From positions 2,112,001-2,176,000 of the forward strand of contig CBDCDS010000003.1 of assembly GCA_965215365.1 (NCBI GenBank): a DNA stretch of 64,000 nucleotides, read 5' to 3'. How positions within the stretch are numbered: position 1 is the stretch's first letter; each line of letters opens with the position of its first letter. The DNA comes from Gammaproteobacteria bacterium (GTDB lineage Bacteria; Pseudomonadota; Gammaproteobacteria; Eutrophobiales; Eutrophobiaceae). This document shows, piece by piece, positions 11,825-21,510 of this stretch. The notes under the pieces were generated by a model, which had not been told where the DNA came from, did no database searches, and was given only the letters and a program-made list of their open reading frames with translations. Both the position numbers and the translations under genes were made by a program.

Positions 11825-12592
11825 ATGCCGGCAAAACCTGTGGTGCTGGCCTTATCCGGCCATGATCCGTCCGGCGCGGCCGGGGTACAGGCGGATATTG
11901 AGACCCTGGCGCGCGGCGGCTGCCATTGCGTTTCGGTCATTACCTCACTGACGGCGCAGAATACCGCACAATTCAGACATATCACGCCGCAACCGCCGGC
12001 CCTGTTCAGGGAACAACTGGACTTGCTGACGCAGGACCTCAGCGTGGATGCCTGCAAGATCGGTCTCATCGGCAGTGTTGAACTGGTCGAAGTGATTGCG
12101 GACTATCTTGCCCGCACGAACTTCCCGGTCGTCCTCGACCCGATCCTGGCCAGCGGCACCGGCGCCGGATTGGCCTCTGCGGCTCTGAGAGCGGCACTGA
12201 CTGAGCAACTTTTTCCCCATGCCACTATTGTCACGCCCAACCTTGCAGAGGCACTGACTTTGACAGGAGGCAACGAGCTGAACAGTGCCCTGTACACCCT
12301 GCTCGAGCGCGGCTGCGACACCGCACTGGTGACAACCTCAGACGACGAGGGCGGGCGCCTGACAAATACCTGGATGGATGAAACCCGGGCGCTACACAAG
12401 TACCATTGGGACAAGCTGCCGGGCACTTATCACGGCTCCGGCTGCACCCTCTCTGCCGGTATTGCCGGGTGGCTGGCACAGGGCACCCCACTGCGCACCG
12501 CCGTAGCACAAGCACAGGAATATACCTGGCAGACCTTGCATCACGCGCGCCGGCACGGCACCGCGCAACTGCATCCCGAACGTTTTTTCTGA
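11825..12592 (+). CDS. thiD: Hydroxymethylpyrimidine/phosphomethylpyrimidine kinase
   Basis: GHDPSGAAGVQADI, LTAQNT, VLDP, TPN, HGSGCTL. Confidence 0.9.
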   Translation: MPAKPVVLALSGHDPSGAAGVQADIETLARGGCHCVSVITSLTAQNTAQFRHITPQPPALFREQLDLLTQDLSVDACKIGLIGSVELVEVIADYLARTNFPVVLDPILASGTGAGLASAALRAALTEQLFPHATIVTPNLAEALTLTGGNELNSALYTLLERGCDTALVTTSDDEGGRLTNTWMDETRALHKYHWDKLPGTYHGSGCTLSAGIAGWLAQGTPLRTAVAQAQEYTWQTLHHARRHGTAQLHPERFF

Positions 12593-12593
12593 T

Positions 12594-13241
12594 GTGGCGC
12601 CAATCTCAGGCCCGTTGTCTATGAAGGGGTTGTATGTCATAACGGACTGTACCCGCTGGCCCACCGACCCGCTGCTGTCCATAACGGAACAAATCCTGCG
12701 CGCCGGCATTACCGCACTGCAATACCGGGACAAGTCAGCCGACCCCGTGAAAAGAACACGGGAGGCCCTGGCGCTGCATACACTTTGCCGGGACTACGGT
12801 TGCCTGTTTATCATCAATGATGATGTGCAACTGGTCCGGTCAACAGACAGCGACGGCGTGCATCTGGGCCAGGAGGATTGCAGTTGCAAGGCCGCCAGGG
12901 AGGCGCTGGGCGCGGGGGCAATCATCGGTGTTTCCTGTTACAACAGTCTGGTACGGGCGCGGGCGGCAGCGCGGCAAGGCGCGGACTATATCGCGTTCGG
13001 CTCGTTTTATCCAACCTCATCGAAGCACAATACCGCGCGCGCCGAAACTGGTATCATAGGGCAAGCCAAAGCGGGCCTGTCGCTACCAGTAGCGGCCATC
13101 GGTGGGATCACCCCAGCAAATTGCACCCCCCTGCTCGAGCACGGGGCCGATCTGCTGGCAGTCATCAGCAGCGTTTATCAGGCCGAAGACCCGTACTCGA
13201 CAGTAAAGCAATTCAATCAAATCATCGGCGCCTACAAATGA
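12594..13241 (+). CDS. thiE: Thiamine-phosphate synthase
   Basis: [28 protein letters not shown]; start may be 12621. Confidence 0.93.
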   Translation: MAPISGPLSMKGLYVITDCTRWPTDPLLSITEQILRAGITALQYRDKSADPVKRTREALALHTLCRDYGCLFIINDDVQLVRSTDSDGVHLGQEDCSCKAAREALGAGAIIGVSCYNSLVRARAAARQGADYIAFGSFYPTSSKHNTARAETGIIGQAKAGLSLPVAAIGGITPANCTPLLEHGADLLAVISSVYQAEDPYSTVKQFNQIIGAYK

Positions 13242-14512
13242 AGACTAACCATTTTGCACAAGCAAGGCAGTATATCGCCGGCGGCGTGAACTCACCGGTA
13301 CGGGCGTTCAAGGCGGTAGGTGGTGAGCCGGTATTCTTTGAACGCGGTGCCGGCGCGTACCTGTATGACACTGCCGGGCGCGCCTATATCGACTATGTGG
13401 GTTCCTGGGGGGCGCTGATTCTGGGTCATGCCCAGCCGGCGGTGCTTGCGCGCGTGCGTACAGTGATGGAACAGGGGCTGAGTTTCGGCGCGCCCACCCC
13501 GATAGAAACAGCCCTGGCTAAAAAAATCTGCTCACTCATGCCTGCTATCGAACGAGTGCGTATGGTCAATTCCGGCACGGAAGCGGCCATGAGCGCCATT
13601 CGCCTGGCGCGCGGCTACACCGGCAGAGAGCGGATCGTGAAGTTTGAAGGCTGTTATCACGGCCATGCCGATGCCTTGCTGGTCAAGGCCGGTTCCGGGG
13701 CGCTGACCCTGGGGATCCCTACCTCACCGGGGGTTCCCGCGACCACGGCGCAACACACTATTACCCTGACCTTCAACGACTGTGACCAACTGGCGCAGGT
13801 GTTTGCCGCTGCCGGCGCCGAAATTGCCGCAGTCATCGTCGAACCGGTAGCCGGCAACATGAACTGTATCCCGGGTTCGCAACGTTTCTTAGATACCTTG
13901 CGAGAACACTGTGATCGTTATGGCAGTGTCCTGATCTTCGATGAAGTCATGACCGGCTTGCGCGTAGCTCTGGGCGGTGCCCAGGCCCGATACGGCATCA
14001 CCCCCGACCTGACCCTGCTCGGCAAAGTCATCGGCGGCGGCCTGCCAGTCGGCGCCTTCGGTGGCCGCCGGGAGATCATGGATTGCCTAGCGCCAGAGGG
14101 CGCCGTCTATCAGGCCGGCACCTTGTCAGGAAACCCCGTGGCCATGGCTGCGGGACTGGCGACGCTGGAACAGGTGGCAGAACCCGGTTTCTTCACCGAC
14201 TTGTCAGACCAGCTGAAGACCCTGCTTAGCGGGCTGAAACAGGCGGCGACAGCCAACGGCGTGCCCCTGACTACCAATCAGGCCGGCGCCATGTTCGGTC
14301 TGTTTTTTACCGATGCCGCGCAGGTTACTTCATACCAACAGGCCACCGCGTGCAACCAGGATGCCTTCAAGCGTTTTTTTCACGGGATGCTGAAACGCGG
14401 AGTCTATCTGGCGCCTTCAAGCTACGAAGCCGGCTTCATCTCCAGCGCGCATGGCGCTGATGAAATAGACGAGACCCTAAAAGCGGCCGACACTGTCTTC
14501 AAGGAGATGTGA
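13238..14512 (+). CDS. hemL: Glutamate-1-semialdehyde 2,1-aminomutase
   Basis: [40 protein letters not shown]; ATG 13238 overlaps the thiE stop. Confidence 0.97.
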   Translation: MKTNHFAQARQYIAGGVNSPVRAFKAVGGEPVFFERGAGAYLYDTAGRAYIDYVGSWGALILGHAQPAVLARVRTVMEQGLSFGAPTPIETALAKKICSLMPAIERVRMVNSGTEAAMSAIRLARGYTGRERIVKFEGCYHGHADALLVKAGSGALTLGIPTSPGVPATTAQHTITLTFNDCDQLAQVFAAAGAEIAAVIVEPVAGNMNCIPGSQRFLDTLREHCDRYGSVLIFDEVMTGLRVALGGAQARYGITPDLTLLGKVIGGGLPVGAFGGRREIMDCLAPEGAVYQAGTLSGNPVAMAAGLATLEQVAEPGFFTDLSDQLKTLLSGLKQAATANGVPLTTNQAGAMFGLFFTDAAQVTSYQQATACNQDAFKRFFHGMLKRGVYLAPSSYEAGFISSAHGADEIDETLKAADTVFKEM

Positions 14513-14553
14513 CAGCAGGTAACATCTTTTTCTGCCGGAGGCCTGACAGGAAA

Positions 14554-14790
14554 CTAATTGCCTGATGCAGCCTTAAGAATATCAAGCACTTCCATGTACA
14601 TTTGAAAGTTAATTCCAAGGAGAGCTATCAGTAGCACCATGTTCAACCCCGTCATCCATTTAAGCATCCTGATTTCTGTTTCTATTTTGCCCATGCGGGA
14701 ATCCATATCTGCCACGGATTGGGCGCAGCGCGTGCGCTTTTTGGGCCTGCTCCTGCTGTCGAACAAGCGGCCTATCTCATCATGGGCCAA
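14554..14790 (-). pseudogene. Small coiled-coil/TM protein (DUF1640-like), probably frameshifted
   Basis: C-terminus AQSVADMDSRMGKIETEIRMLKWMTGLNMVLLIALL; an adjacent frame just upstream reads TAGAGPKSARAA, suggesting a frameshift near 14727. Confidence 0.45.
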
Positions 14791-14859
14791 TATCTCGTTA
14801 AAGAAAATTTCCTTTGCTATTGTAAACTCAACCTAGGCACAACTTCCGAACTGAAACAG

Positions 14860-14898
14860 GTTTCACAAGGTAACAAGCGACTTGGTGAAACCTGCGGG
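14860..14898. repeat. MITE-A right-end fragment
   Basis: GTTTCACAAGGTAACAAGCGACTTGGTGAAACCTGCGGG(TTAG) matches 8951-8989 and 23074-23112. Confidence 0.8.
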
Positions 14899-14929
14899 TT
14901 AGAGCAACGTTCAACTTCAGGAGAAAACC

Positions 14930-15349
14930 ATGTCTGCATTTGCTAACGCCACCCGTTTTTTTCATGCCTGTGAGGGGCTGGAAGGCTGGAATGGCTGCAA
15001 ACAATACGTCGCGCCCGGTGCCGGTTTTGTCGCGCAGAGTGACGCTCTGGCTGACATAGATACGGTGCAAGGGTACAGCGAGTGGATGGCCGGTCTCGGC
15101 GCCAATCTGATGCCTGACTGCGGCTACGAGCTGCACGCGTCGGCTTATGATGAAGCGACGCGCACGGCGCTGTTTTTCGCAACCTTCAAGGGCACGCATA
15201 CCGGCGAGGGCGGCCCGGTGCCGCCGACGCACAAGCACACCCACTCACACTACGTCTATGCGTTGACCATGGATGATAATGACTTGGTGTCCGGCATGGT
15301 GAAAATATGGAACTCGGCGTGGGCATTAGCTGAGTTGGGCTGGGACTGA
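14930..15349 (+). CDS. SnoaL-like/ester cyclase (NTF2-fold) protein
   Basis: FKGTHTGEGGPVPPT motif, KIWN; AGGAG RBS. Confidence 0.75.
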   Translation: MSAFANATRFFHACEGLEGWNGCKQYVAPGAGFVAQSDALADIDTVQGYSEWMAGLGANLMPDCGYELHASAYDEATRTALFFATFKGTHTGEGGPVPPTHKHTHSHYVYALTMDDNDLVSGMVKIWNSAWALAELGWD

Positions 15350-15361
15350 GGCCGGGTTCAG

Positions 15362-16570
15362 CTAGCGCGCACGCGGCGCGCCGGTAGTGCCGTAACCGGC
15401 GAGTTCCACATAGCCGCGTCCGTCTATGGCGGCGGCGCCGAAGGCGCCATTGAATTCCACCGCGCCTTCCCAGTAGCGGAACGACAGGTCCAGTTCCTGC
15501 GCGGCCAGCGCTGGCCGGATGTTCAGGTCGAGTTTGTATTTTGGCACGCGCAGGCGCCAGGCGGCGGGATACACCACTTTGCTCTCGAGACTCTGCCAGG
15601 TATCCAGTATCTCCAGTTCGACCTCATCGAATTCTAACGTGTCCACGCGCCCGTCCGGGAACACGACGGCACCGTAGCTGAAGCGGTCTCGCACACCATC
15701 CATGCGGCGGAAACGGTAGTACATCACTTCATGGTCATTGGCCAGTTGCAGCGCAAACCAGTCCCAGCCAAGCTGCTCCTTGCCCAGGGCGCTGCTGCTC
15801 CACTCCCGGTCCATCCAACTGTTGCCGCGCACCGTGTAGGTCTGGTCGGCGACGCTGATATAGCCCTCAGTGGGCATACGAGTATAAGAGTAGTAATAGG
15901 ACGCATTGCCCGGTTCGGCATTCTTTACGCTAAGGCCGTTATCACCATGAAGCACGACACCTTTGCCTTGCTCCAGGCTGAGGTCCAGACTGATTCCACC
16001 AGCGCTGGCGCGCAGGCGCAGGGGGAAGGTCTGCGCTGAGGTCGCGGCGACAGACCAGTCGTCCAGCCAGACCTGCAGCTCGCCGGTGCGCGCGCCGGCG
16101 AGACCCGCAGCGCCGCGGCTGAAGCGCTCAACGGCATGAAACTGCTGCGAGTCAATATCGGTCAGGGCGAGGTGGGCCATGTATAACTGTTCAGTACGCC
16201 AGTACGAGCGGCCGCCGCGAGGCTTGAGGGTCGGGCGAAACCGAAAAAATGTGAGTTGGTAGCCAAAACGACGCTCCTTGCCATTATCAACATTGCCAGT
16301 GAAATACCACCACTCGGTGCGGTATTCATTATGGGGGCCATGGTCGGCGGGAAATCGGAACTGCCTAGGTTGCTCCGCCTGCGCAAATGAACGGGTGGGG
16401 TCGCCGCGCAAGACCTCGGTGACAGCGATTGGTTGCGCGCTTCTGTCCGTGCTTTGTCCCGGGCTGTTTTGGGAGTTCCTGTCAGCGCAGCCGGGCGCCG
16501 CCAACGCTGCCAGGATGAGCAAGGCGCTGCTATGGCAGGCATGTTTAGAGGGAGCCGGCAGGCAAACCAT
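15362..16570 (-). CDS. CrtC/AttH-like lipocalin-domain lipoprotein
   Basis: FPADHGPH, EWWYFTG, SYYYS, WMDREWS, GWDWF, YWEG, GYVEL; lipobox-like APGC. Confidence 0.85.
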   Translation of the reverse strand: MVCLPAPSKHACHSSALLILAALAAPGCADRNSQNSPGQSTDRSAQPIAVTEVLRGDPTRSFAQAEQPRQFRFPADHGPHNEYRTEWWYFTGNVDNGKERRFGYQLTFFRFRPTLKPRGGRSYWRTEQLYMAHLALTDIDSQQFHAVERFSRGAAGLAGARTGELQVWLDDWSVAATSAQTFPLRLRASAGGISLDLSLEQGKGVVLHGDNGLSVKNAEPGNASYYYSYTRMPTEGYISVADQTYTVRGNSWMDREWSSSALGKEQLGWDWFALQLANDHEVMYYRFRRMDGVRDRFSYGAVVFPDGRVDTLEFDEVELEILDTWQSLESKVVYPAAWRLRVPKYKLDLNIRPALAAQELDLSFRYWEGAVEFNGAFGAAAIDGRGYVELAGYGTTGAPRAR

Positions 16571-16573
16571 AGG

Positions 16574-19165
16574 CTACTCCCTGCTCAGGGCCTCGGCAGG
16601 TTGGGCGCGCGCAATCTTCCAGGCCGGGTAAATGCCGGCAAGGAGGGCGGCGGCAAGACCGAGACTCAAGCCCTGTAACACGACCTCTGCGCTGAACTGC
16701 AATTCCATACTCCAGCCAAACGAACGCCGGTTGATGACCAGGATCAGCAAGGCTGTGATGAGGCAGCCTACCGGCATTGCAATGAGACCGGCAACCAGAC
16801 CCAGCAGGCCGGTTTCCGACATAATCAGGCTACGTATCTGGCCGGGCAGGAAACCCAGGGCCCGCAACAGGGCGTGTTCCCGGCTACGTTCCAGTTGTAA
16901 TGCCAGCAGCGCGCTGAACACGCCGATGAAGGCGATGATCGCGGCCAGCGCCCGCAGGATGTCGGTGACAACGAAAGTATTGTCAAACACCGCCAGCGCT
17001 TCCTGCAGAATCCTGTTCCGGTCCTGCAGCCACAAGTCATGTTGCGGCGCCAGTTGTTGTACTTGCCGGCGTAAGGTTTCCAGGTCTGTTCCCGGATGAG
17101 TGTAGATGCCAAAGCCCGAATAGCGGTTATCACGCCAGTGCCGTTGATAAGTACGCCGGCTCAGGCTGACGACGCCCTGCTCAGAACCATAGTCCTGGTA
17201 CACACCGAGGACGCGGAACGGTCGGTAGCCATGATCGGTGCGCAGCTCCAGTATATCGCCCGGTTGCACCTGATAGCGCCAGGCATAGGGTTCGGACACT
17301 ATGACCGCATCTTCCTGCTGAAACAGCGACCAGATCCGGTCGGCGTCACCCTGTTTGAAATGAAACCCTGCCCAGGACACTTCATTGAGTCCGTAGGCGG
17401 CGAGCTCCGTATGTCCGTGCGCCGCTTCAATATTCACGCGGCGCACGCTGCTGAGGGCTCGCACCTCGGGCAATGCCAGGATAGCTGCTTTCAAGGCGGC
17501 ATTCAGGGCGTGGCCCGAAGCCGTCGTGGCCGGCGCCGGGAGCGACACGTACAGATCCGCCCGTAGCGTCTGTTGCAACCAGCGTTCCACCGATAGGCGA
17601 AAGTTATTGACCATCAGGCCAATACCGATGACGGTGGCAATAGCGATCATCAACGCCGCAAGGGTCGCCGCAGTGCGGCTCAGGGAGGCCGTTAGCGACT
17701 GGCAGGCGTAGCGACCGGAAATGCCGAAAACCTGACCGAGCAAGGGCCTGATAGCCGCCATCAGTGTCACGGTTGCCAAAGGTATGAACAAGGCCAGGGC
17801 CAGAATAATGATGAAAATGCCGAGAAACCCCAGCCCGATACTGCTACCGGACAGCCGGATAACCGCAACGCCCACTGCCAGCGCCACGCCGCCGACAAGG
17901 GCGGCCGGAAGCGCCAGACGCCGTGACGAGGTTTCCAGGTGGGAACGTAACAATGCCTGTCCGGGCGCGACCCTGGTCGCCTCCAGCAGCGCCGGGACAG
18001 TTGCCAGCAAGGCGCCCGCCATACCCAGCAACGCGGCTTTGAGCAACGAGTAATGCGACCAGGCCAGGTTGGCATCCGTAAACAGGTCATACACCTCGTG
18101 TATAGTGCGGTTGACGATCTGTAACAGACCCTGGGCCAGCGCCACGCCGAACACCAGACCGGCTGCGGTGGCTGTCAGACCTATGAGCAATGCTTCCAGC
18201 GCGATGAGCCCCGCCAGCTGTCGGCGCGTTGCCCCCAGTGCTCGCAGCCGACCCAGCAATAGACGCCGCTGCAGCACCATGAAGGTCATGGTGTTGTAGA
18301 TGAGGAACATGCCCACCAGCAGGGCCAGCAGGCTCAGCGCCGTCAGATTGGTGTGAAATGCCGTGGTCAGCTGCTTGAGCGAACGGGTTCTCGTCTCTGC
18401 CGCAAGTAAGGCTGCATCAGGCGGCAGCAACGCTTGCAGCCTGGACTGCGCGCCATCATCTCCATCTGCCAGAACGACATCGATCCGGCTAAGCCGCCCC
18501 GGCATTCCAAGCACTTCCTGAGCTGTGGCAAGATCTGCCAGCAGCAAGTTGCCCGGGAGCGGGGAGGTACCGGGGGAAGCACCCGCTGCAGTCCGCGTAA
18601 GTATCCCTGCCACGCGCACGGGGGTACGCCGGCCGCCGGTTACAAGGTGCGCGTTATCATTTGGCTCAAGTCCCAGCCGGTTTGCCGTGGCGCCATCTAG
18701 GAGCACCGTATTGCGCTCCGTCAACAAACGGCTCAGCACGCCCGCTCCGGCGGCCTGCTGCAGATTGTCAAACCAGGCGTAGGAGCGAAAAGTCCTCTCC
18801 GCAAAGGGATCGAGGCCAAGCAGCGCCACGACTTCCCGTTGTGCGTTTTTTTCCAGGGTCACCCGAGCCTCGATAACGGGCGCAAGCGCGCGCCGGCCAT
18901 GCTCAACGCGCAAACGCGTGTACAACCTGTCATCAAGACCGTCGGGGCCGCCGACAATACGATGGGTAGCCTTGCCGGCGACAGTTTCGGTGGCGCGCGC
19001 AAAGGCTTGTCTGGCGCTGTTATTAACCAGGTCCACAGCGACTACCACGGCCACAGCCAGGGCAATGCCGGTAATAGCCAGACCCGCTTGCCACGGGTGG
19101 CGCAGGAAAAAGCGCCGACTGGAGCGGAGCAGGAGGCGCCGTTTCAACCTGATTCCAGGCGGCAA
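16574..19165 (-). CDS. ABC transporter permease, duplicated MacB/FtsX-like
   Basis: Two MacB-PCD/FtsX repeats, LRALG motifs, INRRSFGW tail. Confidence 0.88.
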   Translation of the reverse strand: MPPGIRLKRRLLLRSSRRFFLRHPWQAGLAITGIALAVAVVVAVDLVNNSARQAFARATETVAGKATHRIVGGPDGLDDRLYTRLRVEHGRRALAPVIEARVTLEKNAQREVVALLGLDPFAERTFRSYAWFDNLQQAAGAGVLSRLLTERNTVLLDGATANRLGLEPNDNAHLVTGGRRTPVRVAGILTRTAAGASPGTSPLPGNLLLADLATAQEVLGMPGRLSRIDVVLADGDDGAQSRLQALLPPDAALLAAETRTRSLKQLTTAFHTNLTALSLLALLVGMFLIYNTMTFMVLQRRLLLGRLRALGATRRQLAGLIALEALLIGLTATAAGLVFGVALAQGLLQIVNRTIHEVYDLFTDANLAWSHYSLLKAALLGMAGALLATVPALLEATRVAPGQALLRSHLETSSRRLALPAALVGGVALAVGVAVIRLSGSSIGLGFLGIFIIILALALFIPLATVTLMAAIRPLLGQVFGISGRYACQSLTASLSRTAATLAALMIAIATVIGIGLMVNNFRLSVERWLQQTLRADLYVSLPAPATTASGHALNAALKAAILALPEVRALSSVRRVNIEAAHGHTELAAYGLNEVSWAGFHFKQGDADRIWSLFQQEDAVIVSEPYAWRYQVQPGDILELRTDHGYRPFRVLGVYQDYGSEQGVVSLSRRTYQRHWRDNRYSGFGIYTHPGTDLETLRRQVQQLAPQHDLWLQDRNRILQEALAVFDNTFVVTDILRALAAIIAFIGVFSALLALQLERSREHALLRALGFLPGQIRSLIMSETGLLGLVAGLIAMPVGCLITALLILVINRRSFGWSMELQFSAEVVLQGLSLGLAAALLAGIYPAWKIARAQPAEALSRE

Positions 19166-19824
19166 TCCCGTATGGTCAGCAACCGGTCGGCCAGTCCGAT
19201 GACTTCGCGACTGTGGGTCACCATGAACAGGGTTTTGTTGGCCTCACGCACCAGCCGCTCAAGCAGGTTCAGGACTTGCTGCCCGGTGTCGTGGTCGAGG
19301 TTCCCGGTAGGTTCATCAGCCAAGATGATGTCCGGGCTGTGAATCAGCGCCCGGGCGATTGCTATACGTTGCTGCTCGCCGGTGGAGAGCCGGTCGGGGT
19401 ATGTGTCCAAGCGCCGCCCCAGGCCCAGTTGCGCGAGCATAGCTGCTGGTTTTGCCCGCCCATCACCATCAAGCTGAGCGGTCAACTCCAGCGGCAACAA
19501 CAGGTTGTCTCTTACCGTCAGGGTAGGGATCAGATTGAAATTCTGGAAGATAAAACCAATATATCGGCGCCGAAACAGTGTGCGCTCAGTCTCACTCATG
19601 CCGGCCAGTGATTGTCCGCGCACCAGTATGTCACCCCGGTTTGGGGCATCAATACCGCTGATCAGGTTCAACAGAGTGGATTTGCCACAGCCGCTCTTGC
19701 CAAACAACACGACAAATTCCCCTGCGTGCACTACGCCGCTTACATCATCAAGAATGACGTGCTCCTGAGCCGCTTCCCAATAGGATTTGGACAGCTGGCG
19801 AAATTCTATAACAGGCCCGACCAT
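19144..19824 (-). CDS. ABC transporter ATP-binding protein (LolD-like)
   Basis: [32 protein letters not shown]. Confidence 0.92.
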   Translation of the reverse strand: MVGPVIEFRQLSKSYWEAAQEHVILDDVSGVVHAGEFVVLFGKSGCGKSTLLNLISGIDAPNRGDILVRGQSLAGMSETERTLFRRRYIGFIFQNFNLIPTLTVRDNLLLPLELTAQLDGDGRAKPAAMLAQLGLGRRLDTYPDRLSTGEQQRIAIARALIHSPDIILADEPTGNLDHDTGQQVLNLLERLVREANKTLFMVTHSREVIGLADRLLTIRDCRLESG

Positions 19825-19871
19825 GGAGCGGAATCATAGCAAGTAGAAAAAACCAATACAAAATCAACTCG

Positions 19872-19937
19872 TTCTGGTATGCCAAGCGGCAGTTTCTGAT
19901 CAAACTGGGCATCGATACCTGGCCTGGCACGCTGAAT
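19872..19937 (+). pseudogene. Remnant resembling CTP-dependent riboflavin kinase/DUF120
   Basis: Reads FWYAKRQFLIKLGIDTWPGTLN, like the QF..KLG..P.PGTLN motif; no start codon and truncated. Confidence 0.5.
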
Positions 19938-20021
19938 CACGAGAGCCACACCCCAGACCCCTCAGCCTCTGTGCCAGACTGGTGATTGCCGGTGTCGGCG
20001 TGTTGGCGCAGTTCCTGATGG

Positions 20022-21506
20022 CTACGCTTTAGCGTCGGTCAACTTCCGCATGGGTCGGGCGGCTGCCAGCAATACTATGCCGGCACCGGTTGTAATCGCC
20101 ACGATCTGCAGATACAGACCGGGCATATCGTGCAGCGCTTCGGGGTCGAAGCGTCCTGCCAGCAGGCCTGCGATCAGGTTGCCCAGCGCGGCACCTAAGA
20201 ACCAGATGCCCATCATCTGACTCAGGTAGCGTTTCGGCGCCAGTTTGCTGATGGCGCTCAGGCCCACCGGGCTCAGGCATAATTCTCCGGTAGTATGCAA
20301 CAGGTAAGTCAGTAACAACCAGGTCGGCAGAACACTGTCGCCGCCGGCCACGAGGCGCGCAGCTAAGAATATGACGAAAAATCCCAAGCCAAGCTGAATC
20401 AGGCCCAGCGCGAACTTGACCGGTATGGATGGGTCCAGGTTACGCCGACCCAGGTTCACCCACAGGGCCGCCATAAATGGGGCCAGGATCAGGATAAACA
20501 GGGGGTTGAGGCTCTGGAACCAACCGGCCGGGATGACAAAACCCAGCCATTCCCGCTCTGTATAACGCTGCGCAAACAGGTTCAGAGAAGAACCGGCTTG
20601 CTCGAACCCGGACCAGAAAATGGCTGCGGCAATGACCAGAATAACAATGGCTGCAACACCTCTGCGCTCTTCTCCGGTGAGTCTGCCGTACCTGAAGATA
20701 TAGGCGAAATATAATATCACGATGGCACTGAGCAGGTAGGTGGAGCCCTGCGCCAGAGCTACCGCGTCGAAGCTGAGTGCGCCTCCCACAGCCAGCAACA
20801 GGGTGACGAGCAACAGGCCCAAGCCGATGCCGACGCACAACCAGCCATAACGCGGTGCGCCTTCAATCCCGGCGCCAGAACGTAAATGGGCGGGGTACAA
20901 GCCGGCATCCCGCAGCTGAGAACGGCTGTAACGATACTGGATCAGTCCCAGCAACATACCAATACCGGCTGCGGCAAACCCGTAATGCCAACCGAATCGG
21001 TCACTCTCACCCAGGGCACTGCACACCAGCGGACCCAGCAGCGCGCCCAGGTTAATGCCCATGTAGAAAATGGTATAGCCGGAGTCCTTGCCGGAACCAT
21101 GCTGCGGGTATAATTCACCGACGATGGCGCTGATATTCGGCTTCAGCAGGCCGGTGCCCAAGACCACCAGCACCAGCCCCAGGTAAAAGGCCGGGACGGC
21201 CGGGATAGCCAGGGTAAAATGTCCCAGCATGATGACGATGCCACCATACCAGACCGCCTGCTGGGCGCCGAGCAGCCGGTCTGCGATCCAGCCGCCGGGC
21301 AGCGCCGCCAGATAGACTGCGGCTGTGTAAAGGCCGTAAACAGCCGTCGCAGTCGCATCATCCATGTTCAGACCCCCTTCAGCCATGGTGGCGGTCATAA
21401 ACAGCACCAGCAAGGCGCGCATCCCGTAGTAGCTGAAACGCTCCCACATCTCGGTGAAAAACAGGGTGCGCAGACCGGGCGGATGGGTCGGTTGTGTATT
21501 TATCAT
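20022..21506 (-). CDS. Proton-dependent oligopeptide (POT/PTR) MFS transporter
   Basis: EMWERFSYYG, GTGLLKPN, FYMGINLG, GELCLSPVG. Confidence 0.93.
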   Translation of the reverse strand: MINTQPTHPPGLRTLFFTEMWERFSYYGMRALLVLFMTATMAEGGLNMDDATATAVYGLYTAAVYLAALPGGWIADRLLGAQQAVWYGGIVIMLGHFTLAIPAVPAFYLGLVLVVLGTGLLKPNISAIVGELYPQHGSGKDSGYTIFYMGINLGALLGPLVCSALGESDRFGWHYGFAAAGIGMLLGLIQYRYSRSQLRDAGLYPAHLRSGAGIEGAPRYGWLCVGIGLGLLLVTLLLAVGGALSFDAVALAQGSTYLLSAIVILYFAYIFRYGRLTGEERRGVAAIVILVIAAAIFWSGFEQAGSSLNLFAQRYTEREWLGFVIPAGWFQSLNPLFILILAPFMAALWVNLGRRNLDPSIPVKFALGLIQLGLGFFVIFLAARLVAGGDSVLPTWLLLTYLLHTTGELCLSPVGLSAISKLAPKRYLSQMMGIWFLGAALGNLIAGLLAGRFDPEALHDMPGLYLQIVAITTGAGIVLLAAARPMRKLTDAKA

Positions 21507-21510
21507 GAAT

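Noticed and set aside
12878-13237. Upstream extensions of hemL (likewise hemJ, sco, nuoC, nuoH, sdhD, ygfZ)
   Set aside because: Open frames inside the preceding gene; family motifs begin at the downstream starts used
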